Shown here: positions 1-13,153 of the stretch, piece after piece
Position numbering within the stretch: the stretch's first letter is position 1
Layout of the letters: each line of letters begins with the position of its first letter
Assembly: GCF_018350175.1 (NCBI RefSeq)
Contig: NC_058368.1
Location: 57,290,001-57,354,000, forward strand
DNA: 64,000 bases
Source of the DNA: Felis catus
Lineage: Eukaryota
Direction: 5' to 3'
Notes under the pieces: model-generated
Databases searched by the model: none
The model's input: the letters and a program-made list of their open reading frames with translations, nothing else
What the model was told of the DNA's origin: nothing
Program-made: the position numbers and the translations under genes

Positions 1-202
1 GAAGTTCTAAAATGAAATTTAAATTTCACCTTATGCAAAGTTGAAATTAGTTAAGAACATAAGTGTTTTTGATTTGTTACTTAAACAAATTGTTAGTATT
101 TACAGAAACCTTTTATTTGTTTAAAATAAAAATATATTTCAACAATTTTCCATCTGCATCTATGAAGAGGAAAATATGAATAAGGTTTTGGGTCATGTGA
201 GT

Positions 203-1087
203 TGATGAGGGAGTATGGGAGCAAAGTGCAGGCTACCAGCAACCCCTCACACACACACACCCAAGGTGGGACACTCCTGGCTGCCTAAGAACAGGGAAAA
301 GGAAGGAAAGCAAATGGTTGACTGATAGAGATCACAGTCATGCAAGACAAGAGTCTCCTTCAGTTTACAGATAACTTAGTTAACTGCAAGAAAAAGGCAA
401 TCTTAGCCATAGCCTAATATCCAGAAACCTATAGACTCTGTTTCCTGGAGCCTTAATGTCACCCTCCTCAAGCGGTCAGGGGATTTAAGTGCTTGCCATG
501 GTGATGTGGGAAACGAAGACATATGAAAAATTAAATTTCCTTCCTGCCTACAGCCCATTGACAAGTCCTTGAAAGTGGTGGAGTGACCTTCCTTCCTCTA
601 GGAGCTCAGCTGCCCTGATGATGACACTTTGCTAGGGGCAAAGGGAATCTTGGCTTAACATTATCCTGACCCCCAAGGATCCTGTGAGTCTCTTTAAACA
701 CATAAAAATTCCTTTGGAAACTTCCTTTATCTCTACCCAACCCCCAAGATATATGTTGGCAATCATACTCCAGGCTTATGGCCCCCAATATACATCTGAA
801 GGGTCTCATGACTGAAGTTTTACTAAACAGTAATAAATGATGTTATCCTAACAACAAGTAGTCCCTTAAGGCCCTGGAAACCTTGCTTCCAAATTTCCTA
901 AAGGCCTACACAGTCTCTAACCCCTTCCCAACCTGAAGGTATATGATCAGTCACTCTTCATAACCCCAGTGCAGTTTTTTTTGCCCACGGGTCCTGTCCC
1001 CATGCTTTAATAAAATCATATTTTTGCAACAAAGGCGTCTTTAAGAATACTTTCTCCGAACCCCACCATCACTCCAAAACCCCATCA
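203..1087 (+). mobile_element. Solo LTR, ERV1-class
   Basis: Inverted termini TGATGAGGG...CCCCATCA, near-TSD (t)gagt/(a)gagt, TATA-like motif ~939, AATAAA ~1009; no internal gag/pol sequence. Confidence 0.8.
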
Positions 1088-2046
1088 AGAGTTACTGACA
1101 ACACAACACTAATAATAAGTGCAACCACACATATTGCACAGAACAGCCATTCCTTTATTCAGGAGGAATGAGAGTCAGTGAAGAAACTATTTGAAGGTGT
1201 TTAAGAGCTGCCTCAGGTACACGTTGGTAGTATTTTTACCATCCTAAAAAGTATTTTCCCTTCAAAAACAATGTCAGGGGCTCATAAACACGGGCATTCC
1301 TTAGAGAGTCATCATTGTCTTAAAAGACCATTGAGTCTGAAGAAAATAGTGCCATTTTTAGGACTGTAATTTAAAAAATTGTTATTTTGTTCATGAAACA
1401 GATTTTTTTTCTAGTTTCATGAAGAAATAGCCAATGTATATACATGTACCTAATAGAATTGAATAGAAGATGTTGTTTCTAATTTATAAGCACCTATGGT
1501 TTCTTATCTTTTTAAGGATTGATGTGGAAACATGTTCAATAAGTGGAGGAGATAAACGCTGTGGAGTTATTTGGGTAACTAAAACTAGAATTTGCTGGAT
1601 CAAAGTAATATAACTGTGCTGGCAATTTTTTTCTGTGAGCTAAAACATAATACAAAAATGTAAGTCAGAGAAAACCACTCCTTTCATTAATTGATTTCTT
1701 TTATTCTTCACTTAAGATAATCTTAGAAGATATATATATTTTTTCTGAGATTAGAAAGAGAATGAAACTATGTTAACCCCAAACAAAAGCATTTTATATA
1801 AGTTGTAGAAAGATACCTCTGCCAGTAGTTGAAAACATGAGGAACCGAAAATTCCCATGTTAAAGATACCACACTGGTAAGTTCAGAGTCATTAGCCATT
1901 TTACAAAAAGATTTTTAAAAATATAAAAAATAAGTATGTATATTTAAGAAAAGGGGTTCTATAAAAATAGTTTATGTATGTTTCCACAGTTCCACACATT
2001 CCGTGACACTATTCTTAACAAAAACATTAGTAAAGAATTACAGTCA

Positions 2047-2264
2047 GGCGTGCCTGGGTGACTCACTTGGTTAAGCATCTGCCTTTGGCTCAGGTCACCA
2101 TCTCCACGTTCCTGAATTCAAGCCCCACATCGGTCTCTGTGCTGACAGCTCAGAGCCTGGAGCTGCTTTGGATTCTGTCTCCTTCTCTCTCTGCCCCTCC
2201 CCCACTCACGCTGTCTCTCTGTCTGTCTCTCTCTCTCCAGAATAAACATTGAAAACAAAAAAAA
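2047..2264 (+). mobile_element. Can-SINE (tRNA-derived)
   Basis: GCCTGGGTGACTCA head, (CT)n body, AATAAA and A tail; imperfect TSD agaatta(ca)gtca. Confidence 0.95.
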
Positions 2265-2543
2265 GAGAATTAGTCACAATAATGAATTTCCTTATATGAA
2301 AAGGAATCGTTTTTGAATTTAAATGATTAAAATGTCTCATTTTGAGAAGTAGTTAAAAGGTATGAAATAAAGATCACGTCTTACATAAGCCATTAATTAA
2401 ATAATAACTTGACAATTGTGAGTATTTTGCCTATTGTCATAGAGGATGCAGACATCTTTTCATTAAAATAGTTATCCAAATTGCTGCGACTCATGTATAA
2501 TATTCAATTTATCAGCTCAACAGTCAAGAATAGTTTCATTTCT

Positions 2544-2769
2544 GGGGCGTCTGGGTGACTCAGTCAGTAAAGTGTCCAACTCTTGGTCTCAGCTCAGGTC
2601 ATGATCTCTCAATTAGTGGGTTCGAGCCCTATGTCTGGCTCTGTGCTGACAACTTGCTCAGAGCTTGGAGCCTGCTTCGGATTCTGTGTCCTTCTCTCTC
2701 TACCCCTCCCCTGCTCCTTCCCTGTCTCTCTCTGTCTCTCAAAAATAAATGTTAAAAAAAATTTAAAAA
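2544..2769 (+). mobile_element. Can-SINE
   Basis: GGGGCGTCTGGGTGACTCAG head, CT-rich body, A tail. Confidence 0.95.
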
Positions 2770-2839
2770 GAATCAAAGTATCCTCCTTATATTGCCATTA
2801 TTGATTAATATCAATTATTTTGAAGTAATAGATTTGTAC

Positions 2840-3021
2840 TTTTTAATGTTTATTTATTTTATTTTTGAGAGAGAGAGAGAGAGAGAACACATGCAGAGAG
2901 ACAGCGAGAGGAGAATCCCAAGCAAGCTCCACGCAGGACACGAACTCAGGAACTGTGAGATCACGACCTGAGCCAAAATTACAAGTTGTACGCATAACCG
3001 ACTGAGCCACACAGGTGCCAC
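2840..3021 (-). mobile_element. Can-SINE, internally deleted
   Basis: Reverse-strand SINE; TSD tgaag(t/c)aatagattt at 2821-2835 and 3022-3036. Confidence 0.93.
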
Positions 3022-3199
3022 TGAAGCAATAGATTTTTTTAAAAATAAAGCTAGATAAAAATACTTAAAAAATTAATTTTTGTATTACTCATTTATGTAT
3101 GTGGAATTACAAAACAATAAACATGCTTTACATTGCTGTTTCAATATTCAGAAATATGCACACCTGGTGGGTCCTATTCTTATATTTTGAAGTGTGTAT

Positions 3200-3535
3200 G
3201 TGTGTTTAAATCTTAGTTATTTCTTTTCAATATTCCACAGAACATTTCAACATATACAAAATAAGAAAGGAGAGCATAATCATTCCCCATAGATCCATCA
3301 AACAACTTCAGCAATTACCAAATCATGCCCATAGTATCTGATGCCCATGACACAACCCTTCCCTTGTGCTACATTATGTTTAAATTAAAAACATTCCAAA
3401 CATCATTTATTTTCATCCATAAATATTTCTGGGATATACACATAAGGTTATTCTCTTTTTAAATGAATATAACAAAAATAACATTTCACACTAAAATAAT
3501 TAATGATAAATTTTTACTATTATCAAATATCCAGC
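3200..3535 (-). mobile_element. Old L1 (L1ME-like) 3' end fragment
   Basis: Degenerate resemblance to antisense L1M 3' UTR; boundaries approximate. Confidence 0.5.
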
Positions 3536-4528
3536 CTATAGTCAGGTTCTTACCCCCCCATCCCTCAACCCCCCCCTTTTTTTTTTTTTTTTTTGCTTTC
3601 TCTCAGCACATAACTTAAAGTAATAGTTCTTTCTTCTCAGTTGATATCTATTAGGTGGTGTATCTCAAACTTTCTGCATTTTCTCTCCCTGAAGGAGCGT
3701 TTTTAGACATTTATTTTCTCTAGTTGCCACCCTTCTCCACGCAATTTTATTACCACTGATATACTATATAAAACTGTTTATGTACTGTGGCACTTTAGAG
3801 GGCCAGACGATATTGTAATATCTAAAATATTTTTGTCCACCAAGACCAAATTTTTGTCTCTTGGGGAAGATATCCTCTCTATTAAAATGTATTTCACATA
3901 TTCCTCCTAACTTCTTGCACATTTTTTATTTATATACTGCATCTACTACATTGGGAAGTCTTATGGCTATTGTATATAATACATTCTGTTTTATAGCCGT
4001 CATTTATTTTTAGTTCTCCTGATAAATATGTATCTAATTATCACTCCAGTTCTTATTTACTGTCTCTCTGATTGCTTTTATTCTAATACCTCATTCTCAA
4101 GTCAATTCCTCAAGAATGGTTCATGGGAATAACACTCCCTACGTTCTTGACTATTTTTAATAGTATGTTGCTTTTACATTTCAAGATCATTTGGGCTTAT
4201 AGTTTTTTCCTTGAGCATTGAAAAAATGATACTTCATTTTCTGGCATAAAGTGCTACAGTCAAAATAGCTAAGGCAATTTGATTTTCTATTATAGGTGGC
4301 TTTGTTGTATCACCTGAATGACCAAAAGATATTTTATAGTTTTGGAAATCTAATTTTACTAAAATACACTGTTATGTTGTACATTCTAGCTTATTATTAG
4401 TTTAATATTTATATATTTATATAGAAACTAATATATTTATCTGGTTTATTTTCCTAGGAGTTAATGTGACTTTATAATATGTACTTTCCTTTTGTTCTTT
4501 CCACAATAGTTTTCTTGGATAGTTCTTA

Positions 4529-4637
4529 TTTTTTATTTATTTTTTAAATGTTTATTTATTTTGACAGAGAGAGAGAGAGTGTGAGTGGGGGAGAGGTAGA
4601 GAGAGGGAGAGAGGGAGAGAGGGGAGAGAGAGAGAGA

Positions 4638-4721
<84 letters not shown>

Positions 4722-4826
4722 CTGCACGGAACCTGATGTGGGGTTCAAACTCACAAACTGTGAGATCCTCACCTGAGCCAAAATCAAGAGTTAGACACTT
4801 AACCAACTGAGCCACCAAGGTGCCCC
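4529..4826 (-). mobile_element. Can-SINE with expanded (GA)n tract
   Basis: Perfect 16-bp TSD tcttggatagttctta (4513-4528 and 4827-4842); GA tract ~4595-4718. Confidence 0.97.
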
Positions 4827-6480
4827 TCTTGGATAGTTCTTAGAATGTGTGTTGCTCAGTTATTTTGGCTCTTCTTTTTTGTGAAGTCCTATGGTATGTG
4901 GATTTTTGTCTGTCTTCACGTCTATTCTTTCTCTATAATTAAAAAAAAAATCTCTCTCTCTCTTCATTTCCTTTTGATTAAAAAATTCTCCACCTGCCCA
5001 ACTCCTTTTTTTCTTAAAGTGATACCCACTGTGTTACACACTTGTGTTTCTTCCAGTTTATTCTTCAGTTGCAATTTTAAAGTCTTTTTTTTATTGAATT
5101 CTTCATCTTTTTTATCAAAATTTAATTTTCTTCAAATTTATTTCTTCTCAGGTGTTCCAGAACATATTTATGCTGTTCTTTCATATTTCTTTTTATTTTA
5201 AAAGTTATTTTAGCTCATTTGGAAATATTAGGTGGCAGTTTTCTTCTCTTCTGTATATTTTTGGTGTGATTTTATTGCCTGTAGGGATAATATTCTCTTT
5301 ATTCTCTTAGTCTCTTTCCTCTTATAAGACTTTGTATAGAATTTGACAGCAACCCTTTTTTGCTGCTTATGTTTATGTGATATGGATTTTTCTATCTTTG
5401 TGAAAGGGACAAGTGGCTAGAATGTTTTTCTGGGTTATTTTTCTCTCCTTTTCAGAAACAGTTGACTATATGACCTTTTACTTCAAAAGTCTTCATCCAC
5501 TGAGTACTTCCTCACTTCTCTTTCTTTTTTCCCTGCTGACTCCATCCTGCTCATTTGTTATTCAACACTTAGCAGATTCTTCTAAGAGTAGGGTTTTGAT
5601 TTGGAAAGAAGATTTGGTAACAAAGCAAAGAATACCTATTGTCCACATGACTCCAGTATGATTTTTTCCCTTTCCCTCTTCCCTTCCAAGTTATGATTGC
5701 TACTTTTACACTGGATTGCCAAGCTATGAGAAGAACACCTACAGATAAATTAAGTATTTCTAGTTCTCAGTGCTTTAGGAAGCCCTGCTGCCTTCCTTTG
5801 AGTCCTCCCATCAACTTATCAACATGACACAGGTTCTGTAGCTGTTACAAAATGCATGGGGACTACTGCTGCAAAGTGGAAATTAGAAGGACCCAGTCTG
5901 GAAATTTAGGGATTCATGGAGTGGTGCTTAGTACACCATATTTGGCACTAGGAAATAACAAAAATGACAACAACACTATTGAGATAGAAATAGATCTTTT
6001 GACAATGATAATTTAGATAACCTCAAGATGATACAAAATATACAATTAAATGAGAAGACCAATTTGGGTACTAGTAGAAGAGGAGGGAACATGGAATGTG
6101 TTACAGAAAAAAAATCCAAATATTATTCAAGATAGAGATATATTGTGTTATCACAATGGGGACTATAACTGAACACATCATTCTTCCCCTCTTTGTGGCA
6201 TTGCCTTCTATGAAGAGTCGTGATGGTGGCTGGTAACAGTTTAGTTTCCAGGTGGTATGTAAAATAACTAAACATCATGCTACAGCAAAAGAGTGGCTGG
6301 CAGGAATTTGGTTCTCCTGTATTTGAGATACGAGTTTCTTCATCTAACCAAAGGACATGATTAGATACTAAAAAGCTGAGTGGCATACTCTACTGGTTAT
6401 TCTTCATTTACTCCCCACCTATATTCCACATTCCATTCTCTGTATTTTTCTGACTTGCTCTTTCTATCAAAAGTCTGACA

Positions 6481-6487
6481 ACAAAAC

Positions 6488-6519
<32 letters not shown>

Positions 6520-6545
6520 CAAAAAACAGAACCAACCAAACAAAA
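6481..6545. repeat. (AAAAC)n simple repeat
   Basis: Directly visible. Confidence 0.9.
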
Positions 6546-8029
6546 GAGTCTCACCTTCACAGTCTACTTTACAAAAGAACCCCGGTTGCCAGTTCAGTGT
6601 TGCTTCCCTTTTCAGTAATCACATCCAGTTTGCCTCCCTTAGTTAAATGCTACCTTTGTTCTCTACACATACTATCACTCCTACAGTCAGTAAGAAGCCT
6701 ATTTGCAAGGCAGCATCTCTCACTGTTAACTCCAAACAAGACAATATGGGCCCCAGTGAGTTTTGCAAAGATGTTCTCTTGGTTCTTAGAATCATCATTA
6801 GTTAAATCCTGTAATTTCTCTTTAGTGTATATTATTTCCTCGAAGAGCAAGAACTGTATTTCCCTAAGACTTTTCTGAGACCAGACTCCAATTATCAGCA
6901 TGGAGACAATAGGGAGAGTGGGCATCTGAGTGTTTTCTGGTAGGACACTTGCCTCATTTGAGGCAACAAATATTTCACTCTACAATAAAAGATGTGTATA
7001 TCCTGAGATTATTTTTTATTTATTTAGATGCCAAGACCCCATGTGTTAAATTGTTATTAGTGCACAACTAATCAAAACCACTTATAAACATAGTACACAT
7101 TTTGATGAATAATTATAAATATAATAAGTAAGATTTTATTAGAAGTGCCCAATTAAATAAGATAGATGAGAATTATCCCCAATTATTTTAGGTATCCATA
7201 AGACTATTACATGTTAGAACATACAGAATTCATTTTTATAAAATTATCAAAATATGCTACCTTTAATTTTGAGTGAAATCAAACCTGAAAATGCTTCTTA
7301 TTCTACAGAGAAATACATAGGAAAGGAAAATGTTTTATTTTTGTTGGAATCATTAAGTTCTTGGAACTTCTTCCAATTTTAATGCCAAAGATCCTGAAGG
7401 GAACAGTATTTAAAAAAATTAATCAGCTATCACCATTATGTCCCCCTTCAATGTTTTTGAATCAACAAATTAGAAACAACCTGATTTTTGAAAGGAGTTA
7501 TGACTCAGTTATTACTATTATTCACTTCTTAATGCAGATGCCAATAGTCCAAATTGCCCTTTTGTTTGGTGTCTGGGAAGTTTTATAGCTTGTCAATTGG
7601 GAAACTGCACAGTAAGGAGAGGCAGAAAAAAAAGGGATCACCACACATCTTCAACAATAGGCCTAATTTCAGACAGATGCCTTTTGGGAAGGAATATACT
7701 TGGAAGTGAGTTCTGGACATTGGTTCTCTCTGCACATAGGGAAAATGTTATGCATTTTTGTTTTACACAACCCAGCTTGATGACCACTCTGCTATTCTTT
7801 CCTTAGAATTTCTTATAGCTTGTGCATGGAGAAATCTAACTAACTCTATCTTTCTTTTGAAATACACACACATGATAATTTTTTTCTACATTTGTTAATT
7901 ATTTCTTAGATTATAAACTTCAAAGACAACATCCAGCTATGCTTGTATTTCATTAGTAGAGCCATGGGACTTATCATACAGCCGATGTATACCGAAAGAA
8001 TATTGACTAATAAGAGATATTTTGTATGG

Positions 8030-8240
8030 GTCAAAATATCTGCATTTGCGTCCTGCTCCTTTCCTTCTCATATTTGGGACTGCTGCATAACTTCTCAGAT
8101 CCTCCATCTATGCATTTGTGAAATCGGCATTTTAACAGCCTTTATCTCAGGTAGTTCTTTGTGAAAATTAAATAGTTTAATACATCAAAAGCACTTACAA
8201 CACCATGAGGAATATGGTGAGTGCTCAGTAAATGTTAACT
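8030..8240 (+). mobile_element. MIR remnant
   Basis: MIR core-like text (ttgtgaaaattaaatagtttaata...aaagcactta...gtgctcagtaaatgtta). Confidence 0.7.
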
Positions 8241-9846
8241 GGTATAATTCCTCTTAATATATACTATATCATCCCCATAGTATTTTTTATAAAACTAATG
8301 GCATCAAAATTTTTAGTTAGACTTGCTACAAAGTTTTTATATCTTTCATCATTTTGAGTCCTTTTTGGTTGCAACCCAAATTAATACTAACATCTCCAGA
8401 GCCTGAAAGTTTTTGTAGTTCTATTCTTTCATATCTGGCTTTTCTATGAAAAGACAGACATTTTGGGTTGTGCACTCTATCTTCAAATCACTTAGACACT
8501 TCTATACAACTTTCTGATACATAACAATGAATAGGCTCTCTATAATCTCTGTACTCCAAATAGTATCCAAGTTGAGGAAAAGGCCTGTAGCTGAATTTCC
8601 TTATAAATCACAACAGGTTTCTATTTTGAGATAATTTAGAAAGGTGTTTTTTCATTTGTTTGATTTTTGCCTTTTGGAAGTTTTTTTTTGCAAATGTAGA
8701 AGAAATCATTATTGAAACTTCACTCGTAATATCAGATTGAGTTGAGGACCAGCAAGTATCCCAGATCACATTTCAAGAAATTTGCAAAAGAATAAAATCA
8801 AACCATTCAAAATTAAGTATGTAAATTAAGTATGTATTGCTTTTGATGTTTTATAGAAATATTCAATTAAACAACAATATTTAAAAAGATAAGTGTTATG
8901 TAGGACTCATGTAAATTTGGAGAGCTTGATAAGAAAAAGGGATCAAAAGAGAAGTCAGCTTGAGGAATCAAAATATTAATAAATCTCCACACTCATCAAG
9001 TAGATTGCTAAAAGAAGTGTAATATACTCCTGATTCCCATCAACTCACTTGAAATGTCATTCACATCAACATCTTTGAAAATTTAGTACAAAGTTTAAAT
9101 TTCTATCATCTTTCCTCTTCAATATATAAGAAAAAAAAGCAACCATTTATTATAAAATACATTTCCTAGATTCCATGATTCATAGCAGACCTCTTTTTTG
9201 AAAAGCGAAAATAGCAAGCTAAGCCTTGCAGTTTCCAGTACATAAATCATCACGATAGCAATAACAAGGGGGTGGGATAATGTTGACTATCTTATGCAGA
9301 AAATTCTGGTATAGCTCAGTGTGGTGTGCAGAGCATTCGAATGGATTAATCACACCTTTTTTTATATTACCTTAAATGATGCATTCTTTTAAAAAATATT
9401 ATTATTGTCCAGGCCATTTCCCTTCATAAAATCCTTCTCACAATGCTACCATAGAATCTTAATTAAATGAAATTCCAATGGCATGATTATTTCATTAATG
9501 GATATTAAGGAAATGTATCCTTGCTAAAAATCTTTAGAAAATATATGTGCCTGTGTGTCACATTTTCCTTAAAAAATTATACTGTGAATGGAATATTTTA
9601 TAATTCTTTGCTGACCATGTTTTTTTTTTTCCAAGTCATCATTAGGAAAACTAATTCACTAGTGAATAGAAGAGTATTTGGTAAACGTGAAGGAGACTGT
9701 ACCAAATCTATCTACTGCTCCAGAATTGAAGAGATTTGTTTCATTTGTTTTCTTTTCTCTTAAAAAGATAGTCTAGAAAAACAAATACCCTAAAAGTTTT
9801 GCTGGTTAGTTTTCTTTCAGAAAAGCTACTATATAGGCATACACAG

Positions 9847-9851
<5 letters not shown>

Positions 9852-9893
<42 letters not shown>

Positions 9894-9903
9894 ACACCAC
9901 ACA
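9852..9903. repeat. (CA)n microsatellite
   Basis: Directly visible. Confidence 0.98.
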
Positions 9904-10809
9904 TTTGATGCTTCACTTACAACCTCAAAATATACTTGACAGTTTACCAGGCTGGCTTATTTTAATTTCATATATATTACCATCACTCCTTTATCAATTA
10001 TCCTTATAGGCCTCCATTGCCTTTAGAGGTGCTTCAGAAAATTATAAGAAATAGCCCATATCCTCTCTTAAAAACACATCTAAGTAGAATGTGCTGTATT
10101 TCTTAGAGATCACTTCATTCCCTTTGTTAAGAGCAGACATACACTTGTCTTCTTCTCCCTGGTTAATAGCACATATCCAAAAAAGACCTCAGAATTATGA
10201 AATCATCCACATCTATGCCTTTTCCCTCAGCTTTGTGAAAATTATCACCTAAATGCCTTGGTTGCCCCTTTTCTGAGAAAAATTCTATGAGTCCTGTTTC
10301 TTTCCAATCAATTTTCCATAATCAGAGTGATTATTCTGAAAGAAAATCTGTTCGTGTCATTCCCTTACTTAAAATCATTCTGTAACCTTGCTCTTTACTT
10401 GTCCTTCCCAGACACACACAAAACTTAACTCATCAGTTTTATGAGAGGCAGTGTAGTGTTATGCAGTGTTTTTCAAGCTGTGCTTTATGATCTAATATTA
10501 GCAGGTCATGAAATCAATTTAGTGGGTCATGTGACCCGCAGTTTTAATAAAATAAAATTTAATAGACTATGATATAATAGAATAGAAAATAACATAGCAC
10601 ACACGATTACTAAACTCATGGAAGATCTAGGGCCTTGGAGAGCAATGGTGAACCACAAAGAGCCATGTATAGACAAGATAGAGAGTATTCTGTATTATCT
10701 GGAGATCACAGACCTTTAGCAGAAGGAACTGATTGGATGGATTTTTTTCACCCTTGGGGAGGCTGTGAGTTTCTTTTATGTGTGTGAGAAAAAGTGAAAT
10801 CCACATTTG

Positions 10810-11497
10810 GTGATGTTTCAGCTTTCCATTGTTTCATAGAAGACAATCTCTAAATCTTGTGGTGTAATAGCAACAACTTATTATTTATTATCATTCTGTG
10901 GGTTGAACAGGTAGTTCCTCTGTTCTAGATGGTGTGAATTAGAGTCATCAACTCAGTTGTATGCAAGTGGCTATTAATATGTTTGAGGTCTTGGAGACTG
11001 TAGGCTGGGGCTTCACATGTTCTTTTGTTCCTTATGGTAATTTATTTCCCATGGGCTCCCTGCGGAACTTTCTCCAAAAGAATATGCTAGATGTCCTTGT
11101 AGTTCCTTAAAGACTGTACAGCAAAGGATCACTTCTCCCATATTCTATTAGACAAAGCAAACAGTAAGGCCAGCTAGATGCAAAAATGGGGTGGGGGAAT
11201 ATATTCCTCTTCTTCATTAGAAAAGTGGCAAAGACCTTGTGGCATTCTTTCTTTTTTAATGTTTATTTATTTTTGTGTGTGAGAGAGAAAGAGACAGACA
11301 GAGCATGAGCAGAGGAGTTGCAGAGAGAGAGGGAGACACAGAACTCAAAGCAAGCTCCAGTCTCTGAGCTGTCAGCACAGAGACTGATGCAGGGCTCAAA
11401 CTCATGAACCACAAGATCATGACCTGAGCCAAACTAGGAAGTTTAACCGACTGAACCACCCAGGTGCCCATACTTCTGTCACTCTTTAATCCACACA
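10810..11497 (-). mobile_element. MaLR LTR (MLT1-like), interrupted by a SINE
   Basis: Antisense MLT1-like text (caacaacttattattt...tctgtgggttg...; cacttctcccatattctattagacaaagc; ctttaatccacaca). Confidence 0.65.
11252..11469 (-). mobile_element. Can-SINE
   Basis: Reverse head ...ccacccaggtgccc and T-tail. Confidence 0.96.
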
Positions 11498-11531
11498 GAT
11501 TATCAACAGGACCCACTTTGTCAGAAACAAA

Positions 11532-11720
11532 GCCTGGGTAGCTCAGTCAGTTAAGTGTCCAACTTTGGTTCAGGTCATGATCTCGCCGCTGATGGGTTCA
11601 AGCCCTGCATCAGGCTCTGTGCTGACAGCTTGGAGCCTGGAGCCTCCTTTGGATTCTGTGCCTCCATCTCTCTCTGCCCCTACCTGCCCCCTGTCTCAAA
11701 AATAAATAAACATTAAAAAA
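11532..11720 (+). mobile_element. Can-SINE
   Basis: TSD agaaacaa (11523-11530 and 11721-11728). Confidence 0.95.
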
Positions 11721-12111
11721 AGAAACAATATGTAAGTGCCTCAAATCTCTTTCATTTTTCAAACTGGGCACTTAGGTAGACTATAAACTCAAATCCCTTT
11801 GCATTTAGGTGGAATGAAAACTTCTTATGGCCACTGGGGTGTGAGCAGAAATATTTGTTTCTGCAAGTAAATTCTAAGAAAATGTGTATGCCCTTAGACT
11901 GTAGTCCTTGTTTGATCCCAGGTTGACTAGAAAATTCCAGTGAAGGACCTAAAGGTCATAGGTGATGTTCAGCTACTAGGTTCCTAACTGACTACTTGGA
12001 TCAGAAAAATGAAAGTAGGAAAAAAACACAAACCTTTCTTGGGTTATAGAATTTAGTTGTTTTTACAGAATCCACTATTACTTACAATGACTTATACATA
12101 AGAAAATATAT

Positions 12112-12342
12112 ATATATATTTTTTAATTTTTTCTTCAACGTTTTTTTATTTATTTTTGGGACAGAGAGAGACAGAGCATGAACAGGGGAGGGGCAGAGAG
12201 AGAGGGAGACACAGAATCGGAAACAGGCTCCAGGCTCCGAGCCATCAGCCCAGAGCCTGACGCAGGGCTCGAACTCACGGACCGCGAGATCGTGACCTGG
12301 CTGAAGTCGGACGCTTAACCGACTGCGCCACCCAGGCGCCCC
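12112..12342 (-). mobile_element. Young felid Can-SINE (SINEC_Fc-like)
   Basis: CpG-rich, near-consensus; TSD aagaaaatatat (12100-12111 and 12343-12354). Confidence 0.97.
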
Positions 12343-12473
12343 AAGAAAATATATTCTTTAGTGAAACTCTTATTTCAAAAGTATTTGTATGGGATTGGTG
12401 TAGTGGTTCTGGTGTGTGACATAAAATCTATTTCTTTATGTAGATATCGGTAAAAAAAGTTTAGAAGCTATTA

Positions 12474-12655
12474 GAATAATAGTGAAAAGCACGGAACTTG
12501 GAACCAGACAACTTGGGTTCTATTTTTAGCCCCATTACTAGTGGTGTGATCTTGGGCAAGTTACTTAACTAGTCTATACCTTATTTACTCATCTATTAGT
12601 GGGAATAAAAAGCACCTACTTTTTAAAGTTGTTTTGAAAAGCAAATCCCTTAACA
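12474..12655 (+). mobile_element. MIR (5' tip at ~10444-10462, 3' part at ~13155-13205)
   Basis: tgtgatcttgggcaagttacttaac MIR core. Confidence 0.75.
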
Positions 12656-12659
12656 TGTG

Positions 12660-13153
12660 TGTGTATTGGTTGAAGTTCTAGAAAGAAAATAAAAACTAAC
12701 CAAAGTAGAACAGAGGAATTTAAGATGTGGCACTGATTACAAAAATGTTAAGAGTTGATGTTATAAACAAGATGGTAAGATAACCCATAGATTCACATTG
12801 AAAAGAACATATCTCTCCTAAGGCAGGTGTGGTCCCTCAGGATCTGGAACATCTATCCAGAATTAGGAACACAAATGGAGGAGCTTTCAGGCAGAAACTT
12901 GGAAACCTGATGCTGGCCTTGCCCTAGACAGAGACCCTGCCAGATCAGCAAGAGAAAAAGAGGAGACAGACACTGACTTTTCTCTACTTCTTGCCTTTCA
13001 ATCTCCCTCCAAAGCCTCCCTTGCCTGAATCTAACTAGAAACCAGTTGGCAAAAGAGCCTGGTTAAAGTAATTTTCTGGGGCAGTCTCCTTAATACAGAG
13101 CAGAGCAAGAAAGGACAGGGAATGGATCTGAGAAAAAACAAAATAGCATAACA
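12660..13153 (-). mobile_element. Old MaLR LTR (MLT1-like) inserted in the MIR
   Basis: Starts tgtattggtt, ends ggatctgag...gcataaca; MIR sequence continues on both sides. Confidence 0.55.

Larger units (their letters stand above)
10463..12473 (+). mobile_element. hAT-Charlie-type DNA element (MER103-like), split by nested insertions
   Basis: 5' part cagtgtttttcaagctg...gaaatcaatttagtgggtc (10463-~10600); 3' part ataaaatctatttctt...aaaaaagtttagaagcta (~12400-12473). Confidence 0.6.

Noticed and set aside
2058..2804. Recurring ORFs such as 'AQVMIS...SGSVLTAQSLEPASDSVSPSLS' here and at many other positions
   Set aside because: Translations of Can-SINE consensus sequence, not a protein family
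4533..4818. SLSLSL / ERERER ORFs (also 32815-33057, 36694-36906, 48605-48838)
   Set aside because: Produced by (GA)n, (TTTC)n and (TA)n simple repeats
6123..6925. ORFs of 87-93 aa, possibly degenerate retroviral internal sequence
   Set aside because: No recognisable gag, pol or env motif; too weak to call
8700..8816. Exon-like segment (polypyrimidine-AG ... GTATGT) on +
   Set aside because: Stop codons in all three frames; no support as a coding exon
9049..9116. Exon-like segment on - ending in GTGAGT
   Set aside because: Stops in all three frames; a non-coding exon cannot be supported without RNA data
12280..12342. tRNA genes at SINE heads
   Set aside because: A/B-box similarity reflects the tRNA origin of Can-SINEs; each continues into a CT body and A tail
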